Below, piece by piece: positions 57,151-64,000 of a stretch of 64,000 bases of DNA; the stretch's first letter is position 1, and every line of letters begins with the position of its first letter. The stretch lies in contig OZ024748.1 of NCBI GenBank assembly GCA_964016885.1, positions 7,006,001 to 7,070,000 on the forward strand, read 5' to 3'. The notes beneath the pieces were generated by a model. That model searched no databases, was not told the origin of the DNA, and saw only the letters and a list, made by a program, of their open reading frames with translations. The position numbers and the translations under genes are program-made. The DNA is from Eledone cirrhosa (taxonomy: Eukaryota).

Positions 57151-57818
57151 CGTAAATATATATATATACACATAAATATATACATATATATATATACACA
57201 CATACATTTATATATATATATATATATATTTATACATACATACATATGTACATAATGTAATATATATCAAATGTAAAGATGAGACATGACATGATCATTT
57301 TGTATCATACATGATATTGTGTCTATCTGTTAAACTCATCTTATATTCTCTCACTGACTCACTCCTTCAAACCCACCCACCCCTCTCCCTCTCTCTCTCT
57401 CTCTTCCTATCTCATACATTCTCCACTTATATTACATTCTCTTACGCTCATCCATTTTAATATTCGTCACATATATGTGTATGTATATGTAGTTTTTGTG
57501 AACATATGTAAATTTAAAGGGACATAGATTTTACAGGAAAATTTCAAGGAGGAAAATATATGGAAAACGAAGTAATTCTTTTCGTTAATATCTTCTAGTT
57601 TTTTTTTTTTTATTATAATATACTTCATTCGTTTCTCTCCCTCCTTCTCTTGTTTTGAAACTTCTCTGTCATTTGTCTTTCATTCTTTCTCATGAATTCC
57701 TATAACGAATCATTTAGGATACACAGGCAGCCATAAGCTTATGAAAGAATTAGTATTCTGTTGCCATAGAATCCGCCTTCTGTTACACATGAGTGTATTT
57801 AAATAATTCTTTATACAT

Positions 57819-57878
<60 letters not shown>

Positions 57879-57949
57879 TTGTATATATATATATATATAT
57901 AAATATATATATATGTGTGTGTATATATATATATACACATATATAGATG

Positions 57950-57985
<36 letters not shown>

Positions 57986-58127
57986 TGTGTATATTTATAT
58001 ATATATATATACATATAAATATATACATATACCTATATACACATACATATAAATATATACATATACCTATATACACATATATATATTTATTTATATACAC
58101 ATATATATATATACACACACACACACG

Positions 58128-58162
<35 letters not shown>

Positions 58163-58747
58163 TTAGTGGGTTTTTTAAACTAAATTTTTGAAGAAAATTA
58201 TAATAATTCCATGAAGAATGAATGAAAGTTTTACTTAGATGTAATTATCGAAACTCAAACAACAGCTGAAATAACGATTGCTCTAGAATCTCTTTCTGAT
58301 GACGATACATGATTGGTTGATCAATAGATATTATTTAAATGAAGTATTTCTTTTCTTTATTATCATAGTTCCTTTGTTGTATTTTCTATATTTTATCATT
58401 TTTCAACAAAGAAGAAACAAGAATCAGGATATTTTTTTTATAATTCTTTTTTATCGTTAAGAATTTGCCTTTTGCTATTATTTTTTTTTTTCCTTTCCAA
58501 AATTGCAATTTCTTTTATCAATTCTCTTTTTCAATAATTTCAAATTTTTTTTATTGATATTTTTCTTGGATATTATTGTTGTTATTATTATTATTTGTTT
58601 CGTTTTTCTGGCTAAAATCCAGGCAATGAAACTGTGGTCAAGAACAAAAGAGGAACAGAATATATAACTGGTATAAAGAAAAGAATAAGGACATTTTCTT
58701 TAAACCTGTATTTTATTTTAATTTATTATATATACATACGTACATAT

Positions 58748-58782
<35 letters not shown>

Positions 58783-58920
58783 TATATATATAAATATATA
58801 TATATAAATATATATATATAAATATATATATACGTACATACTCGTATATATATATATGTATAAATATATGTATATACGTACATATTCATATATATATAAA
58901 TATATGTATATACGTACATA

Positions 58921-58958
<38 letters not shown>

Positions 58959-58976
58959 TATGTATATACGTACATA

Positions 58977-59013
<37 letters not shown>

Positions 59014-60129
59014 AAATATCCAATATATATATAATATATATATACATCGATATATATCTATATCTATATATGCACGTATATATATGTATATAGATATATA
59101 TATATCTAAATAATAAATGCATATATATGTATATGTATATATGTTTTACTGGTATTTGAACTGTTTTTGGAGATCATGAAATACATATATACCATAAAGT
59201 CTAGTTATATTTGGGATTATTTCGTTTTCCTAATTAGTTCTTTCTGTTATTTTGTTTGTTAGGTTTCGAGTGTGAGGAGTTCCATTCCATATCTCCCACT
59301 ATCCATGTAGATGATCTTAGGGTTAGAATTTTTGATACACTCACAACTATAAATATATATAAATATACATACATATATGTGTGTGTATTATATGTCTCTC
59401 TCTATATATATATAGATATGTATATATATATATATATATATACATACATCTGTATGGATAGACATGTATATATAGATATATACATACATCTGTATAGCTA
59501 GATATGTATATATAGATATATAATATTAAGGATACTAAGTGAATAAATGCTTTGAACATAGCTTTGATTCTTGTGAATTATCTCTCTATATATATATACA
59601 TACATCTGTATAGATATATATGTATTTATACATACATCTGTATATATATATATATATGTGTATGTGTGTGCGTGTGTGTGTGTGTGTATTTACATGTATA
59701 TACATATGTGTGTGTGTTTGTGCGTAAGTGTGTTGATATGTATAAATATATATCGATATATTATGTGTTTGTGTATTATTTAGTTTTTATTGTATTTATT
59801 CTTTACAATACAAATCGAAGTCTTAAATGAATTATTGATCTTTCTATCATCTATAGGATTGTGGGGGGGAGGGGCTTTCTGCTCTTATTTTCTGTCCTTA
59901 ATATAGGAAATAATAACTCACACACTCTCTCACTCTCTCTTATTAACTTTTCACAATTGCCCCCACGAACTCGACACATCCCCCACAACAACAACAGCAA
60001 CAACAATTGAATGACAATGCAAAAAAAAAAAAAACCTTTTTAAAATATTTCAAAATGAAAAAGAGAAATTATGAAAAAAAAAAAAAAAACATTGTTCATA
60101 TATATATTTTTTTATAAATAAAATGGCCT

Positions 60130-60305
60130 GACAAGGCCATGAAATAATTGAGGATGTAGTCAATGCTTGACCCCAGTATCTGACTGGTACTTTATTTTAT
60201 CGACCTTCAGAAGGATGAAAGGCAAAGTTGGCCCTAGGCGGGATTTTGAAACTCAAAATGTAAACACAGTAGGGTAATATGTCCGATGCTCCACTGCTTC
60301 TGTCA
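60130..60305 (-). mobile_element. Degenerate family 1 SINE about 0.9 kb downstream of the Post2 stop
   Basis: actggtactttattttatcgacc...aaggatgaaaggcaaagtt...gggattttgaaactca. Confidence 0.7.
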
Positions 60306-61201
60306 CATACATCGCTCTATTTACAAATAAAATATTTAAAATTATAACCTATATTTTTTTTTTCTTCATATTCTTGCTTTCTATTAATTGTTTCTTGTTT
60401 GTTGCTATTGTTGCTGTTGTTTTATATTTCATATTTGTTATTTTGTTGCATTTTTTTATATTATATGTTTATTCCTGTTTTTGTTCTTGTAATTGTTTGT
60501 TTATTTATTCCTATATTCTTTTGTTCTTTTTGTTGTCTTGCACAAATCGCCAGCAACCAAGCAATTTTGTAAAAGGGGCTAACTCAAAAAAAGGAGAACA
60601 TGGACCTTACGTTTAGATAATTCGAGTCAACCGAGGCAAAAAATCCAGTTCCTGGCACCATAATTTTCCACAGAAAAAATGTAGGACTTTTCGAGAATAT
60701 TAATCACACATTACCACAGGGTTTATTATATAAGCCCTGGTTTTATTTTGTATTTTGTTATTTATTTCAAATGTCATTCTTTCCTTTGTTTCATCCATAA
60801 TGTCTTGTCTGTTTATATATATTTTATCTCTCTCATTCATTCATTTACACACTCTCGTTCTTTCTCTCACTCTCTCATTTCTTCACTCTTTCATCCATTT
60901 ATCTCTCTTTCCTGTGAAATTTTTCTATTTGTGTCGTTCCTGTTTTTATTTCTTCTCGTCGTTGGAATAGTAAATTTTTTCAAATCTTTCTGAGAAATCC
61001 ACACACAAAAAAAAAAAGAAAAAAATTATATCCGTGCCAGAAATTGACCATTGCAAAATTTTTGGAATATATGACATTATTAGAAAGTTCTTTTTTATTT
61101 TATTTTATTATTATTATTTTAATTTTTATGTTGTTGCAAAGAACTTTCAAAAAACGTCATTGATGTTCGTTTATGACTCCCCCCTCCGCCTTTAAAAATC
61201 T

Positions 61202-61443
61202 TTACGGTTGGTCCTTATTCTCCTGATCTTCACGTAACCTCGCTTTTGCACGCTCATTGAGCTTCTTACGTTTCATTCGTCTGTTTTGAAACCAAACTTT
61301 TACTTGTCTTTCAGTCAATTGTAACTTGCAAGAGATTTCCCACCGTTTTTGGCGAGTTATGTAAGAACTGTTTAAGAATTCGTTTTCTAATACCATCGTT
61401 TGATATCGTGTGTACGGTTTACGTTTCTTTCGACCTTTTGTTT
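61202..61443 (-). CDS. Post2: Posterior Hox gene Post2, last coding exon (complete homeodomain plus C-terminus); upstream exon(s) not identified in the window
   Basis: Translation [66 protein letters not shown]... carries the Post2-type signatures [15 protein letters not shown] and [13 protein letters not shown] polypyrimidine tract and acceptor (ttttctctttccattttgtcttccacag) ends at 61444 (phase-1 intron). TAA stop at 61202-61204. Confidence 0.95.
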
Positions 61444-61604
61444 CTGTGGAAGACAAAATGGAAAGAGAAAATGTTTAATTTAAGAAAAAATATTTTAAAT
61501 GTTTGTTAAAAATATATTCAAGCAATAAATTGGAATTATATACAGATTTATTTTTTCAAATTTGTTATATAAGCACACACACACTCTTTCACACAAACAA
61601 ATAC

Positions 61605-61665
<61 letters not shown>

Positions 61666-61674
61666 TATATATGT

Positions 61675-61707
<33 letters not shown>

Positions 61708-61720
61708 AATGTATATATAT

Positions 61721-61751
<31 letters not shown>

Positions 61752-61752
61752 A

Positions 61753-61798
<46 letters not shown>

Positions 61799-61810
61799 AG
61801 GGGGTGTAAC

Positions 61811-61858
<48 letters not shown>

Positions 61859-62865
61859 ATGTGAATATATATGAATATATGTGGGTGTATATATATATAT
61901 GTGTATATATATATGTAGGAGTAAATATATGTGTATACATATATGTGTGAGTACATATATATTTATGTGTGTGTACAAATGTATAATAAATATATTATAA
62001 TATATTTATTAATATCTATAATATATCATAGTGTATTATCAGTGGTAATTACTCCAGCCATTATATTAAATGTTATTGCAATATATATTCGCAAAGTCTA
62101 AAATAATATTTATTATAATATATGTTAATAGAATTAACGATATCTAACGTTTTGATAATAATTATTTTCCACGGGGAAATGATAATAATAGTTTTGTGAT
62201 AATTGCTTTAGAGTTACTGGAGCCATAAAGAAGGTGAGGTGAGATAAATATGATAAGAAGGCAATACTATCTACGTAAGAGACCTACCTGGTTGATTCTC
62301 CAATAAACAGAGCCACCAAAATAGATTCAGATAACGAGAGAGGGAGGCGGGAATGAGTGCGTTTGAGTGAGTGAGTCAGTGTGTATGTGAGCGTGTTTGT
62401 GAGTGTATGTGTGAACGTGTGTGTATGTGAGCGTGTTTGTCAGTGTATGTGTGAGCGTCTGTGTATTTGAGCGTCTTTGTGAGTGTATGTGTGAGCGTCT
62501 GAGTATATGAACGTGTTTGTAATTCTATGTGTGAGCATGTGTGTTTGTGAGTGTATGTGTGTGTGTGTGTGTGTTTTATAGAACAATCAGTTGGAAGAAT
62601 AATAATTGGCACCAGTCTTATTGTGTAAAGTGTAGAAGTACTTAAGTGTCAAAAATTGTAGACAACACAAAGGTATGATTTTTTTTTTATAACGAGAGAA
62701 TATAAATTCATTATATGTTGTTTTTAGCTCCATGTCAACCCAGGATTAAACAAATATCTAACGTATATATACAATGTACTCACTCCTCGTGACTGTGAGA
62801 GATCTGTTAAACAATAATATCAGTTTACTTATTGCTAGATTATAATAATTTATTATCTAACTAAT

Positions 62866-63004
62866 ATCAGGAGACCTAGAGATAGACCCCGAGCAAGATG
62901 GTTGGAAAACATCCATGAGCTTGGCGCGTCAAGCTTTGGGATCCAGCCGGATCAGTTGGACTGGGCTACTTCTGAATGGAAGGAGTGTTTGAGGATTCTG
63001 TCCT
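62866..63004 (+). mobile_element. RTE-type LINE fragment in the putative Post2 intron
   Basis: caggagacc...cgagcaagatggttgga...ggatccagcc matches the reverse complement of ~16290-16420. Confidence 0.65.
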
Positions 63005-63229
63005 AATTTCAGTTAAATTTAATATTTACAAAAATATAACGAATATAGCGAAAATGGGAACTAAGTTTTTATAAACATATCATTCGCAATTCCTAATGTT
63101 TTACCTCAGTCACAACTCCGAGTTTGTTGGAGATATTTGAGACATAAATATTCTTACGCAAAATCATTGTATTTCAAACGAACACATACATATACATCCA
63201 TGTGTAAACACCACAAACGCATATGTATG

Positions 63230-63335
<106 letters not shown>

Positions 63336-64000
63336 TGTGTGTATATATACATATATATATGTGTGTGTGTATATATATATATATTCAGAGAGAGAGAGAG
63401 AGAGAGATGGGGGGGGGGGGGTGATAAAACATCAAATACATCCCTTCGCGAACGAAACTTCTTACGATCACTCGGCCAATAAAGACGGACCAGAAACTAA
63501 ATAGCAACAACAATAACAAAAATAATTTCAAAAGAGCCCCTATAGGTATTTGTGTTCAAAGTAGAAAGTAGAGAGTAATCTAAGTAGTTGGTGACATTAA
63601 TTGTATATCATTGCTGATAGGTTGTACATCTCTAGTTTGAAGGACTCCAACAGTTTGTACTTAGAACCATAGGACAAAACATTCTTTGTGCTTCACAGAG
63701 ACTAATGAATGCTTAAGGTTTGTGAGAAAAAAAAATCTATATGTTATATATATATATATATTTGTTTTGCGAGGTTTTTGATATGAAAAAATCGTGTGTC
63801 GAAACAAATCTTGTTATACTTGGGGAGGGTCATATTGTTGTAATAATATTGCCAGAATTAATAACAGAACACACTCACTGACGATGTTGCAGATGTGCAA
63901 CGAAAGAACTTTGTTAGACTATATATATGTGTTTGTGTCTATATTATATCTGTATGTCTGACCGTTGGTCAGTCAACGGTAAACATTGAGGACCGAATAA

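Noticed and set aside
61444-61456. TTG start predicted for the homeobox ORF
   Set aside because: Lies within the intron's polypyrimidine tract and acceptor.

Overview
AT-rich, microsatellite-saturated animal DNA, most likely an octopus or other coleoid cephalopod (inferred from repeat style and the Hox sequence). The only host coding sequence is the homeobox exon of the lophotrochozoan posterior Hox gene Post2 (minus strand, 61202-61443). The ~61 kb downstream of it contain no other recognisable host gene. That region holds: (i) a 5'-truncated L1/Tx1-type retrotransposon with an intact ORF2, inserted in a (GATA)n tract next to a second, diverged 3'-end of a related element that is also GATA-flanked; (ii) many tRNA-derived SINEs plus CR1, RTE and Tc1/mariner remnants; and (iii) at least five families of short elements embedded in (TA)n tracts. 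Several of these carry type-I hammerhead ribozyme motifs and form palindromes whose fold-back point lies at the ribozyme core or stem II. They are probably Penelope-like element termini. Almost all ORFs in the supplied track are microsatellite artefacts. There is a 200-N assembly gap at 48067-48266.
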